Origin: an uncultured virus (IMG/VR IMGVR_UViG_3300033148_006032)
Lineage: Duplodnaviria > Heunggongvirae > Uroviricota > Caudoviricetes
Strand: one strand, 5' to 3'
Virus record (IMG/VR): IMGVR_UViG_3300033148_006032
DNA length: 64,000 bases
Below are positions 27,571 to 36,805 of the stretch, in pieces. The position numbers were made by a program, and so were the translations under genes. Under the pieces are notes generated by a model. It was given only the letters and a program-made list of their open reading frames with translations. It searched no databases and was not told the origin of the DNA. Every line of letters starts with the position of its first letter. Positions within the stretch are counted from its first letter, which is position 1.

Positions 27571-27936
27571 ATGGATGTTGTTTTTAAAAAGAGGCGATAT
27601 TATCAGGGTAAGCTTCGTAATGTCGGGGACGTTGTAAAAAATATGGGTTACAAACATGCCCGGGCATTCCTTACTGTTAAGGCTGCTATTTTATATGTCG
27701 CTCCACCGAAGAAGAAGGCACCTCCTTTGAAATTGGAAAGGACGGTACGTACTACTGTTCCTGTTGTGGAGACTGAAATTGTTGATGATGAAGTTATTGT
27801 TGATGTAAATGAAGAGTCTTATGTAATTAAGGATCTTTCTTATCGTGAATTACAACAGATTTGTCGAGAGAAAGGATTATCCGCAAGGGGATCGCAGGTG
27901 GAATTGATTGAACGGCTTGAAGTGCTTGAAGCATAG
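27571..27936 (+). CDS. head accessory protein with C-terminal SAP-like domain
   Basis: LSYRELQQICREKGLSARGSQVELIERL SAP motif. Confidence 0.7.
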   Translation: MDVVFKKRRYYQGKLRNVGDVVKNMGYKHARAFLTVKAAILYVAPPKKKAPPLKLERTVRTTVPVVETEIVDDEVIVDVNEESYVIKDLSYRELQQICREKGLSARGSQVELIERLEVLEA

Positions 27937-27964
27937 AAAAGATACACTGTGAGGAGGTACGTAT

Positions 27965-28348
27965 ATGTCTTATATTACAGCAGTGGAATATAGCACGTTG
28001 ACGGGGAGACCTGTGGCAGAGGCAACAGATGTCCGAATCAATCGTGCTTCTATGCTCCTTGATGCTCGTATTGGGAATTATCCGCCGAACATTACTACTG
28101 GATGGAAGTTGGATTTGGATGATCTGCTCATAAACCAAGAAAAAGCCGTGCAAGAATGGATTGCCTACATGATTGCATACTTGTATGATAATGATGACTC
28201 AGCTCCATCTGCAGCAAGTTTGCGGTTAGGACGATTCAGTGTCACTGAACAGGGGCAGCAAGGGCAGAAGATGCCTGAGCGGTTGGGTTTTGCAGAGGCA
28301 CTCTTGGCGAGTTCTGGGGTGATTAAGAGGGGAGTTGCGCTTAAATGA
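27965..28348 (+). CDS. head-tail adaptor
   Basis: MSYIT..EY, RAS..LD, S.RLGRFSV pattern; position after capsid gene. Confidence 0.7.
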   Translation: MSYITAVEYSTLTGRPVAEATDVRINRASMLLDARIGNYPPNITTGWKLDLDDLLINQEKAVQEWIAYMIAYLYDNDDSAPSAASLRLGRFSVTEQGQQGQKMPERLGFAEALLASSGVIKRGVALK

Positions 28349-28683
28349 GTATTCAATATAATCGATTAATGACTCACACATTGACTATTCGTAAGCGCGG
28401 CAGGGATTGGCAAGGTGATTTTGTAGACATTGAGACTACTGAGGATGTAAAGGGGTTCATCCAATATGGAAAGAAGCTTGTGACAGATCGAAAAGGAGAG
28501 GAAGTGATTGCTTCGGCAATTGTATTTCTCAAAAAAGATGCTCCAATCGATCCGGAATATGAATATTGGATGGTGGATCATGTAGCACCGTATACCCGGG
28601 AAAACTTGGAGAGTATTATTATTGATTCAATAGATGATCCAAGAACCGGGAAAACACACCATTATGAAATGGCGGTGAGGTAG
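28345..28683 (+). CDS. head closure/stopper protein
   Basis: Gene order; ends HHYEMAV. Confidence 0.6.
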   Translation: MSIQYNRLMTHTLTIRKRGRDWQGDFVDIETTEDVKGFIQYGKKLVTDRKGEEVIASAIVFLKKDAPIDPEYEYWMVDHVAPYTRENLESIIIDSIDDPRTGKTHHYEMAVR

Positions 28684-29055
28684 ATGGGTTGGAAAGGTTG
28701 GAAAGGGACAGAGTTGGAGGCTTTGGTGGCTGCAGGTCGTAGGGAAGCTGTACGAAAAACTTGCCATGTGATTTTAGAAGCAAGTCAGGCAGAGGTACCA
28801 CATGATGAAGGTACACTAATGCGTTCTGGTATTGTACTGATGGCTCCCGATGGGTCTGCTGAGGGCGTTATTTCGTTCGGTGGTGGTAAAGGTACAGGAC
28901 ATCCGATTGTTCCATACGCGGTGAGGTGGCATGAGAATAGTGCAGACTTTCAAAAAGGAAGAAAGCACTTTTATCTCCGGGATCCTTTAAATCGTTTAGG
29001 TTCTTTGACATTGCAGAGTGCCCTTGCAGCGGAATTGGGAGGTCGGTTGAAATGA
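28684..29055 (+). CDS. neck protein (HK97 gp10-like)
   Basis: VPHDEGTLMRSG, PYAVRWHE, YLRDP. Confidence 0.7.
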   Translation: MGWKGWKGTELEALVAAGRREAVRKTCHVILEASQAEVPHDEGTLMRSGIVLMAPDGSAEGVISFGGGKGTGHPIVPYAVRWHENSADFQKGRKHFYLRDPLNRLGSLTLQSALAAELGGRLK

Positions 29056-29459
29056 TTGCTGAACAATTTGCCTTGTATCTACATACACAGAAATATGGAA
29101 CACAAAATCTTGATCTTTTTGTTGCTTTTCAACCAAATGAACCAGCTAATTGTATTATTGTATATGACGAATCTGTATCTGTTTCTTCGGATTCTCATGC
29201 GGTGTCCGTTGATGAGTTTGGTGTGCAAGTGTTGGTTAGAAATACAGTATATGGAACTGCCCGGGATAAGTCCATGATGATTCATAAGGCATTGGTAGGT
29301 TTTGGTGGAAGAAGTTTCGTTATAGGAGGATTGGTAGTAAGTGCTGTTTTTATTGTGACCACACCAACCTCGATAGGAAAAGATGATAAAGGAAGAAATG
29401 AGTGGTCAGCACATTATCGTGTGCGGGTAGAATCAAAAGGGGACGCGTTTAGAAGTTAA
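29052..29459 (+). CDS. tail terminator protein
   Basis: QVLVR and IGKDDKGRNEWS motifs; gene order. Confidence 0.7.
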   Translation: MIAEQFALYLHTQKYGTQNLDLFVAFQPNEPANCIIVYDESVSVSSDSHAVSVDEFGVQVLVRNTVYGTARDKSMMIHKALVGFGGRSFVIGGLVVSAVFIVTTPTSIGKDDKGRNEWSAHYRVRVESKGDAFRS

Positions 29460-29475
29460 ATAAAATAAAAGTGGG

Positions 29476-29916
29476 GTGCGTATATTGGCAACGGAACAGG
29501 AAGTAAAGTTTGGAAATACCATTATAGAAATTGATGATGTTGTTGTGGCGAAAGTAACAAGTTTCGGTAGAACTGTTTCCATATCCGAAGAGGATATTAC
29601 GGGAGCAGAAGATGTTGTGGAAGGTGTGGATGTTTTACATCTAGTATTTACTGCAATAGCGGTTGGTGAAACGGCCAGTCTTGAGGGTATTGCTATGGAG
29701 AGTGATACAGGATTGGATGTTGGTCAAAGTGATTTAAGGGATGCTGCTGAATCGGGGACGGAAGTTGTGTTAAGGCACACAAGAAACACTGGTTACGGAC
29801 ATGCATTTACGGGATTTTTCACATCCTATGGTGAGACTGGTTCTACAACTGGAGTATACAGATTTACGGGAGCTTTCAGGATTAATTCTAAGGTGGAGAT
29901 TACTCCAGGCTCATAG
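29476..29916 (+). CDS. major tail tube protein
   Basis: Acidic beta-rich 146 aa between tail terminator and chaperones. Confidence 0.7.
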   Translation: MRILATEQEVKFGNTIIEIDDVVVAKVTSFGRTVSISEEDITGAEDVVEGVDVLHLVFTAIAVGETASLEGIAMESDTGLDVGQSDLRDAAESGTEVVLRHTRNTGYGHAFTGFFTSYGETGSTTGVYRFTGAFRINSKVEITPGS

Positions 29917-29938
29917 AATTTAGGAGGGATTGAAGGTA

Positions 29939-30385
29939 CGTATGAATAATAAAGAAAGAATAAATTTTTTGGATACCAAGGTTGAGGAATTGGGGGAACA
30001 ACAGGCAAATGATTTGGTAATTGATTATGATGCTGCCTTGAAGGAATATAAGCAAAAAAGCAATCCTTACAAGATAAAATTTAAGGGTCGGATTTTTGAT
30101 GTTCCTCGAAGTATGCCATTCTCCTTCAGCATGTTTTATATGAGGTATTGCCTTGTGAAAAAACAGGGTAAGACAATATTCCAAATTCCTGATGAGCGTA
30201 TCCATGAATTTATTGAAAAGATGTTTGGTAGGCTTTTCCTTAAGACATTGATGAATTCTGATGATGTGGATATGAATTTTGTTATGGGGACACTTGTTCC
30301 AGATATTTTTGAAAAATGGGGATATGGAATAAATACTCCAAGAAAAGATGATTTAGGAAAAAACGTGCAGACCCCAGACTCTTAA
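29939..30385 (+). CDS. tail assembly chaperone (G-like)
   Basis: Position before tape measure; ends at a slippery site. Confidence 0.7.
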   Translation, partial: RMNNKERINFLDTKVEELGEQQANDLVIDYDAALKEYKQKSNPYKIKFKGRIFDVPRSMPFSFSMFYMRYCLVKKQGKTIFQIPDERIHEFIEKMFGRLFLKTLMNSDDVDMNFVMGTLVPDIFEKWGYGINTPRKDDLGKNVQTPDS

Positions 30386-30399
30386 TTTGGGCTTGGGGT
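30358..30399 (+). other. programmed -1 ribosomal frameshift signal
   Basis: In-frame A AAA AAC heptamer (30358-30364) and ACCCCA...TGGGGT hairpin 6 nt downstream; -1 frame open into the 30400-30615 ORF. Confidence 0.85.
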
Positions 30400-30615
30400 G
30401 TGCTTGAAGCTGATTTTATGAGGTATTATAACATTGATTTGGTTGAGGAAAGCGTAAATAATACATTATCTTGGCGGAGATTCCTATTATTTATTCAGGC
30501 ACTTCCTCCAGGGTCAGCGTATGAAAGATGGTTATCAAATAATAAAAATCGACAATTTGCTGAATGGAATGGGGAAATTGTCGATGAGAATATAAACCAG
30601 GTAAAAAGAAAGTAA
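30361..30615 (+). CDS. tail assembly chaperone GT, C-terminal part reached by frameshift
   Basis: -1 frame KRADPRLLIWAWGVLEADFMRYYNIDL...LSWRRF. Confidence 0.8.
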   Translation, partial: KRADPRLLIWAWGVLEADFMRYYNIDLVEESVNNTLSWRRFLLFIQALPPGSAYERWLSNNKNRQFAEWNGEIVDENINQVKRK

Positions 30616-30632
30616 AGGAGGGGCGATGATAA

Positions 30633-33503
30633 TTGGCTTTTGTAGTTGGAGAAGTTTCTGCACCAGTTACAGCTGACGCCACACAATTTGGTGCAACTAT
30701 GAATAAAGTGAAGGTACAAGGTGAAGTTGTCGCTTCTGATATTGGTAAAAAGTTTGCGGCGCTTGGACAGCAAATGGAGAAGGTTGGTAAAAGTCTTACT
30801 AAATCTTTGACAGTGCCCCTTCTTGGAGTTGGAGTGGCTGCGTTTAAGATGGGTAAGGATTTTGAAAATGAAATGCAAAAGATTGTTGGTCTTGTTGGGG
30901 TTGCTCAGAAACAGGTAGATTTGTGGGGTGCTGATATTTTGGAAATGGCGCCTGAGTTAGGGAAAGCTCCGAAGGAACTTGCGGAGGCTTTATTTTTTGT
31001 TACATCTGCTGGGTTACGTGGGGCAGAAGCCATGGATGTATTGGAGAAATCTGCCAAGGCATCCGCCGCTGGATTGGGTGAGACGAAAGTCATAGCAGAC
31101 CTGGTCACATCCGCGGTAAATGCGTATGGCAGTGAGAGTTTATCAGCGGCGCAAGCCACGGATATTCTTGTAAATGCGGTACGTCAAGGTAAGGCTGAGG
31201 CGCCAGAACTTGCTGCGAGTATGGGAGCAGTTCTACCCATTGCGGCTGAAATGGGAATGTCCTTTGACCAAGTAGCAGCGTCTGTAGCTGCAATGACAAG
31301 AACTGGTACTGATGCCGCGCAGGCAAATACCCAGCTTAAGGCAATTTTAGTATCATTATTAAAACCGTCCAAACAGGCGGAAGATGCTTTGAAAATGATG
31401 GGGGTTTCTTCCAAAGAATTGCGGGAAGAGATACGCGAAAAAGGTTTGATGTCCGTATTAGAAAAATTGAGATTGTTGACTAATAAATATGGAGAGGAAA
31501 TCATGGCGCAGGTATTTCCAAATATACGTGCGTTAGCTGGTTCTCTTGACTTGATGGGAGCAAATGCAGAGGAAAATATTGCAATATTTGATAGTTTGAA
31601 GAATTCAACAGGATTACTTGATGCAGCGTTTGAGGGAGTTGCAGAGACAGCGGAATTTAAATGGCAAAAAACCATATCCCAGGTTCAGAGCAGTATGGTT
31701 ACTTTATGGGACACACTCAAAGGGTCAATCGTACCAATCATTGAAAAACTTGGTGAAAAAATAAAAGAGACTACAGAATGGTTTCAGGCACTTGAACCAC
31801 AGCAACGGGAAAATATTGTCAAGTTTGCTGCAATTGCGTTGGCTATTGGGCCTGTTCTTGTTGTTGGAGCGAAGTTGATAACTGTAATAAAAAGAATAGG
31901 AACTGCATTGACATTCTTGGGAGCAAATCCGATTTTACTTGCCATAGGTGCTGCCTCTTTGGCACTAGCTGGAATGGCTGCCGTATCTACTGCAAGTACC
32001 AAGACAATAAAGGAAGAAACTGAGAAGAAAATTGCAGCGTATAAAAAACTTGCCGAAGAGGGATTGAAGGCCGTTGATGCTCTTCATAAAGGAGAAATAG
32101 AAGCTTTAGAAGAAAAGACAAAAGAAGAAGCGCGCATGTACCAGGAGAACAAACAAAAGATTGAAAAATGGTATCTTGAAGAAATTGAAGCCGCTGAAGG
32201 AAAGACAGAAGCATTAATTGAGGGTTTAGAGGAGGAACAAGATGCACTTGAGAAAAGACATAATGAGGCTATTAAAAAAATTAGGGAAGAGTATGGAGTT
32301 GTTGAAAGAATTACCAAGAGCAAAGTTGAATTGGTCAAAGATTATTATCAGGTACAAATCAAGGAAGCACAAAAAGCTCATCAGGTAATTATAGATGCAT
32401 TGAATGAGGAATTACAAAGACGAAAAGGAGTTATTGACAGAGAAGGCAGTCTTGTTATTGGGGAAATGGAGGACCGCATTTCATTGCTTGATGGAGCTAC
32501 TAAAGAAGAAGTTGCCTTGGAAAAGAAAAAGCGATTAGAAAGTAGAGCAATTGCACTTGAAGACATGATAGCAGCGGAAACTGATGTTGAAGCCAGAAAA
32601 GCATTGATACGGGAACGAGAGGATATAATCGGGCGAATTGTTGCCATATCAATAAATAAGGAACTTGAATTAAAAAAATGGGCTATTCGAGAGGAAATTT
32701 TAGAAGAGAAGAAAAGGATAGCCGAGAGGAAATCACATCTTGATACTCAATACATAGAAGATAAGAAGGCTTTAGATACATCTTTGGCGGAACAGGTCGT
32801 TTCTTTAGAAGGAAAACGAGATGATGAGATACGAATTATACAAGAAGAACGGGAAGCAAAAGAAACAGCGGAAACTCAAAAATATGAAGCCACCAAACAA
32901 AGTTTGGAAGATCAGATTACGGAGCATCAAGAGCATCTAAAAGATTATCGGAAAGAGCTTGCAAAGGAATATGATGAAAAACTTAAGCATGAGGCAAATC
33001 AATATAACTTGAAGAAGGCTGAATTGGAATTAGAACTTGAAGCTGTAAGAAAAAAGGTAAAAGATGAGAAAAAGATTATAGAGGATGCTCAGGCTGCTAA
33101 TATCGCCATGGCTAAGGAAGAAGAAAAGGCAAAAATCCAAGCTCAAGGAACTTTTTTGACGAAAGTATTTGACTATATTGGAGGCAAGGAAGGACTTGTA
33201 AAAGATGTATCGGAATTTGCAGATAAGTATTTAACAGGGGTAGATTATAGTGGTCCAGGTATTCCACAGTACGCCTCTGGTACTACTTTTCACCCTGGCG
33301 GTCCTGCTATTGTAGGTGAACAAGGTTTGGAAGTAATTGATTTACATAGAGGAGCTTCCGTAACTCCTATCATGGGTGGGAATAATATTGGAACAAGTAT
33401 TGGCAATCAGAATATTCATATCAATGTGACCGGGGGATGGGATGCCCGGGAAATGGCGAATAAAATTGTACGAGAATTGCGGTTTTTGGGAATAAGTATA
33501 TAA
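30633..33503 (+). CDS. tape measure protein
   Basis: GKSLTKSLTVPL, TP901-type core, long coiled coil, YASGT..HPGG.AIVGEQG.E. Confidence 0.9.
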   Translation: MAFVVGEVSAPVTADATQFGATMNKVKVQGEVVASDIGKKFAALGQQMEKVGKSLTKSLTVPLLGVGVAAFKMGKDFENEMQKIVGLVGVAQKQVDLWGADILEMAPELGKAPKELAEALFFVTSAGLRGAEAMDVLEKSAKASAAGLGETKVIADLVTSAVNAYGSESLSAAQATDILVNAVRQGKAEAPELAASMGAVLPIAAEMGMSFDQVAASVAAMTRTGTDAAQANTQLKAILVSLLKPSKQAEDALKMMGVSSKELREEIREKGLMSVLEKLRLLTNKYGEEIMAQVFPNIRALAGSLDLMGANAEENIAIFDSLKNSTGLLDAAFEGVAETAEFKWQKTISQVQSSMVTLWDTLKGSIVPIIEKLGEKIKETTEWFQALEPQQRENIVKFAAIALAIGPVLVVGAKLITVIKRIGTALTFLGANPILLAIGAASLALAGMAAVSTASTKTIKEETEKKIAAYKKLAEEGLKAVDALHKGEIEALEEKTKEEARMYQENKQKIEKWYLEEIEAAEGKTEALIEGLEEEQDALEKRHNEAIKKIREEYGVVERITKSKVELVKDYYQVQIKEAQKAHQVIIDALNEELQRRKGVIDREGSLVIGEMEDRISLLDGATKEEVALEKKKRLESRAIALEDMIAAETDVEARKALIREREDIIGRIVAISINKELELKKWAIREEILEEKKRIAERKSHLDTQYIEDKKALDTSLAEQVVSLEGKRDDEIRIIQEEREAKETAETQKYEATKQSLEDQITEHQEHLKDYRKELAKEYDEKLKHEANQYNLKKAELELELEAVRKKVKDEKKIIEDAQAANIAMAKEEEKAKIQAQGTFLTKVFDYIGGKEGLVKDVSEFADKYLTGVDYSGPGIPQYASGTTFHPGGPAIVGEQGLEVIDLHRGASVTPIMGGNNIGTSIGNQNIHINVTGGWDAREMANKIVRELRFLGISI

Positions 33504-33521
33504 TATATAGGGTGGGGTAAT

Positions 33522-35237
33522 ATGGCAGTTAAAATATTGATACAGGCATATGATTCAGATGATACGGCGGAGGCCGGAACTACTACAACGAATATAAAAA
33601 TGACCGCACATGGTTTGTCTGTAGGAGATCACATAATCAATTCTACACGTAATTCCATACCGCCTGCTTTTGATAATATAGCCAGCCGGAGGGTTACGGC
33701 TGTTCCTGATGTGGATAATATAACTGTGGAAGCAATATCGGGGCAGACCTCAGGTGATACGATTAGGAAATACATACATGTAGATCGTACCAATTATTTT
33801 TCTCCTAAATCATTACATATTTTAAGGCAATCTGAATATCGCCGTAATTGTATATTTTCTCTTATTGCAACCACGGCGTATAGGCCGAGAGCTGGGGAGG
33901 ATTTGGTGGTTAAAGAAGATGGAAATGTAATTTTTGGTGGAGTTATTAATTCAGTCAAATCGCGCAGAATAGGGATGACCACAAGAATTATGTATACAAT
34001 ATATTCCGAAGGATATGGTTCCCTACCTGGAAGAAGAACAGTACAAAACTCACATAGTAATACGGATGCCGGAACACTCGTTGAATTTTACGTTGATAAT
34101 TATTTGTATGAAGAAGGCATATCCAAAGGTACAATTGATACAGGAGCCACAATCTCGGTTTACGATGCTAATAGTAAATCCATTCAGGATATATTAAATG
34201 AGCTTGCTACTATGTCTGGATATAAATGGTATATAGATGATAATAAGGCACTCTATTTCTTCCAAGATGATGCGGTAATTGTAGAGGCGGCGCATGACCT
34301 TGATAATAATACATTTAAGAATTTTCGAGATGTTCTCTTGGATGAGACTATTGACCAATATCGGGATAAACAGTTTTTCCGAGGAACTACAGGCTCTGAT
34401 GGATATTTGATCCAGGTGACATCTGTAAATGCTACCCAGGTTACTGAAAGACAAAATATTGAAGGTCTGAGTGGATACTATGGGAATGTAAAATGGGATT
34501 CCGATTTTGATGATATAACCAATGCAGAAACAGCAGCGGAGAATGCGCTGAAAAAATCTGGAAAGGTTCTTCCTTCTGTAATAAGTTTTGATACAGAGGT
34601 TGTTGATTTTGTCCCCGGGACAAAATTAAAGGTAGAGCTTGTTGATTGGGGAATAAGTTTGTCTTATTATTTAATTGAATCTGTGGAAATATATGATCTA
34701 AATGGGATAATATTACGTTCCAGAGTCAGTGGGACTAGGCGTGATGATAGTTCATTTTCCACACAAAAATCTGATGATGCTGCTACCTTTTTTGGAAATC
34801 TTGTGAAGGCCGCAAAAAAAGGAGAAGCAGGAGTAAATACTCTTGTGCCTGATGATGCCGGTAATTTGTATTCTGTATCAATATTTGTTCAAAATGAGGA
34901 ACCAGCAAGACCTCGCGGAAAATCACTTTGGGCAAATCCTGCAGATCCTTCAACATATGATATTCAAGAAATAGCTGGGGACACAACGATCACACCGCGT
35001 GGTCCGAAATATATTGAAGTAAGTGGGGAGACGACGGTGACTTTATTTGCATCTGCTGGAAATGATGGGGTAATACGGAAAATAGCAAATGTAGGCAATG
35101 ATTTAGTAACAATAGATGGAAATGGGGCAGAAACAATAGGGGGAGCGTTAACATTGTTATTGTACCCGGGAGATGCAGACCATCTTCCTGAAAGTGTTGA
35201 AATTACATGTAATGGTATTAGTTGGGATGTGATGTGA
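33522..35237 (+). CDS. tail tip/baseplate hub protein
   Basis: Follows tape measure; IFGGVI, LNELATMSGYKWYID hub-like pattern. Confidence 0.65.
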   Translation: MAVKILIQAYDSDDTAEAGTTTTNIKMTAHGLSVGDHIINSTRNSIPPAFDNIASRRVTAVPDVDNITVEAISGQTSGDTIRKYIHVDRTNYFSPKSLHILRQSEYRRNCIFSLIATTAYRPRAGEDLVVKEDGNVIFGGVINSVKSRRIGMTTRIMYTIYSEGYGSLPGRRTVQNSHSNTDAGTLVEFYVDNYLYEEGISKGTIDTGATISVYDANSKSIQDILNELATMSGYKWYIDDNKALYFFQDDAVIVEAAHDLDNNTFKNFRDVLLDETIDQYRDKQFFRGTTGSDGYLIQVTSVNATQVTERQNIEGLSGYYGNVKWDSDFDDITNAETAAENALKKSGKVLPSVISFDTEVVDFVPGTKLKVELVDWGISLSYYLIESVEIYDLNGIILRSRVSGTRRDDSSFSTQKSDDAATFFGNLVKAAKKGEAGVNTLVPDDAGNLYSVSIFVQNEEPARPRGKSLWANPADPSTYDIQEIAGDTTITPRGPKYIEVSGETTVTLFASAGNDGVIRKIANVGNDLVTIDGNGAETIGGALTLLLYPGDADHLPESVEITCNGISWDVM

Positions 35238-36151
35238 TGGGTATATGGGTGAGATTAGTAGGAAACATAAGATATTATGTTGATGCAGCTGCTTTTTTAT
35301 ATGCTACTGGAGGTCAAATCAGCCACCACGCTGGTGACAGTTCGTTGGATTGTGATGAATATAATTCTATAACAAATGGATGGACTGTGCGTGCCGATAT
35401 GCCCGTACCGACACGTCAGAGGCATGCAGGGAGTTCTATACTGGGAAAAGGCTATATATACTGTGGCTTAGCGGTAGCACGCGTGCAAGACTGTGATGAA
35501 TACGATAATTCGTTGAATTCATGGGATAATAAAACTGATTGCCCAGCTCCAGCCAGGTACCTTTTGACTGCCTCAACTATATTGGATAAAGGATACATTT
35601 TTTGTGGGAATTCTTCTGGTGGGGATCTTCAAGACTGTGATGAGTACGATTCGGTTGGTAATAGTTGGGATAACAAAACAGATGCTCCAGTGCCTGCCAG
35701 GCGCGAACTTGCCTCCTGTATGATTGATAATAAAGCATATATTATCGGTGGGTATTCTGGTGGTTATAGAAGTGACAATGATGAGTACGACTCTGTTGGA
35801 GATAGTTGGAATAGTAAAACGGGCACAACTGCAACAAGCAAATGGTCTGCATGTACAATATCAGGAAAAGGATATTTATTTGGCGGACGAACTGCCGGAG
35901 GAATCCAGAGGTTATGCAAGGAATATGATGCGGTTGGGGATGCTTATACAAAAAAAACGGATATGACACTTGGGCGTACCAGTGCGGCTGCGGGGACTTC
36001 CGAGGAAAGAGGTTACATTTTTTATGGCGCAGAGGAGGTTACTGGGCGTTCAAAGGTTTGTGATGAATATGATCCAGTAGGGGATAATTGGGTAGATAAA
36101 ACAGATGGAATTGACCCAACTCGGTATGAACTTGCCGGGTTTGGAATATGA
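35237..36151 (+). CDS. Kelch-repeat beta-propeller tail-associated protein
   Basis: Six repeats of KGYIFGG...CDEYD...NSW..KTD.P..R. Confidence 0.85.
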   Translation: MGIWVRLVGNIRYYVDAAAFLYATGGQISHHAGDSSLDCDEYNSITNGWTVRADMPVPTRQRHAGSSILGKGYIYCGLAVARVQDCDEYDNSLNSWDNKTDCPAPARYLLTASTILDKGYIFCGNSSGGDLQDCDEYDSVGNSWDNKTDAPVPARRELASCMIDNKAYIIGGYSGGYRSDNDEYDSVGDSWNSKTGTTATSKWSACTISGKGYLFGGRTAGGIQRLCKEYDAVGDAYTKKTDMTLGRTSAAAGTSEERGYIFYGAEEVTGRSKVCDEYDPVGDNWVDKTDGIDPTRYELAGFGI

Positions 36152-36163
36152 GGAGGTAATTTT

Positions 36164-36799
36164 ATGTTAAGTTTGCAGGAATTATTTGAAGACCATCAAA
36201 TGTACCATAGTGAGTTTCAGCAAGATTATTTTATAACTTCGAAGTCTGGTGGGACTCCTTACGGGATGTATAAACAGGCATTAAGGGAATTACACAAAAG
36301 ATACAGAGGATTAAAGGGTCTGTACGCAGAAAAAGAGCTTTTGCAAGTTGACATCGATGAGCTGGCAGTGAAAAAAACTTGTGATCAGTTTGACCAACGC
36401 AGAAATAAAATTAAGCACACACAAAAAATTATGAGCATGGAGGAAATGGACAAGAATATAAGTGAAACTGAAAGAGAATTTAAAAGATTCTATCAACAGG
36501 CAGTGGTATTAAAAGAACAAATTGGAGAACTCACAGAAGTTAAGCGAAGGAAACTGGATGAGGAAATGTGGCTATACAAATTTAAAGAACGAATTGCTAT
36601 TGATTTCTTATCGCTTGGAAGGGTACAGCACAATACTTTGGAAAACATAATGTGTTTACCCATGGAGCGGCGGCGGAAATTACTATATTTTGTGAGAGAG
36701 GAACATCAAGAAGAATTAATTTTATGGTATGAGAATAAACAAGCCAATCCGCTGATATTACCAGATAATGATGTTGATATTAAGCACATAATGGAGTGA
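36164..36799 (+). CDS. hypothetical coiled-coil protein in the tail module
   Basis: RBS GAGGAGG; helical composition. Confidence 0.6.
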   Translation: MLSLQELFEDHQMYHSEFQQDYFITSKSGGTPYGMYKQALRELHKRYRGLKGLYAEKELLQVDIDELAVKKTCDQFDQRRNKIKHTQKIMSMEEMDKNISETEREFKRFYQQAVVLKEQIGELTEVKRRKLDEEMWLYKFKERIAIDFLSLGRVQHNTLENIMCLPMERRRKLLYFVREEHQEELILWYENKQANPLILPDNDVDIKHIME

Positions 36800-36805
36800 T
36801 TATAC

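Noticed and set aside
35237..36151. Kelch repeats as a diversity-generating retroelement target
   Set aside because: Repeats are protein-level blades; no reverse transcriptase and no adenine-specific template/variable pair found.
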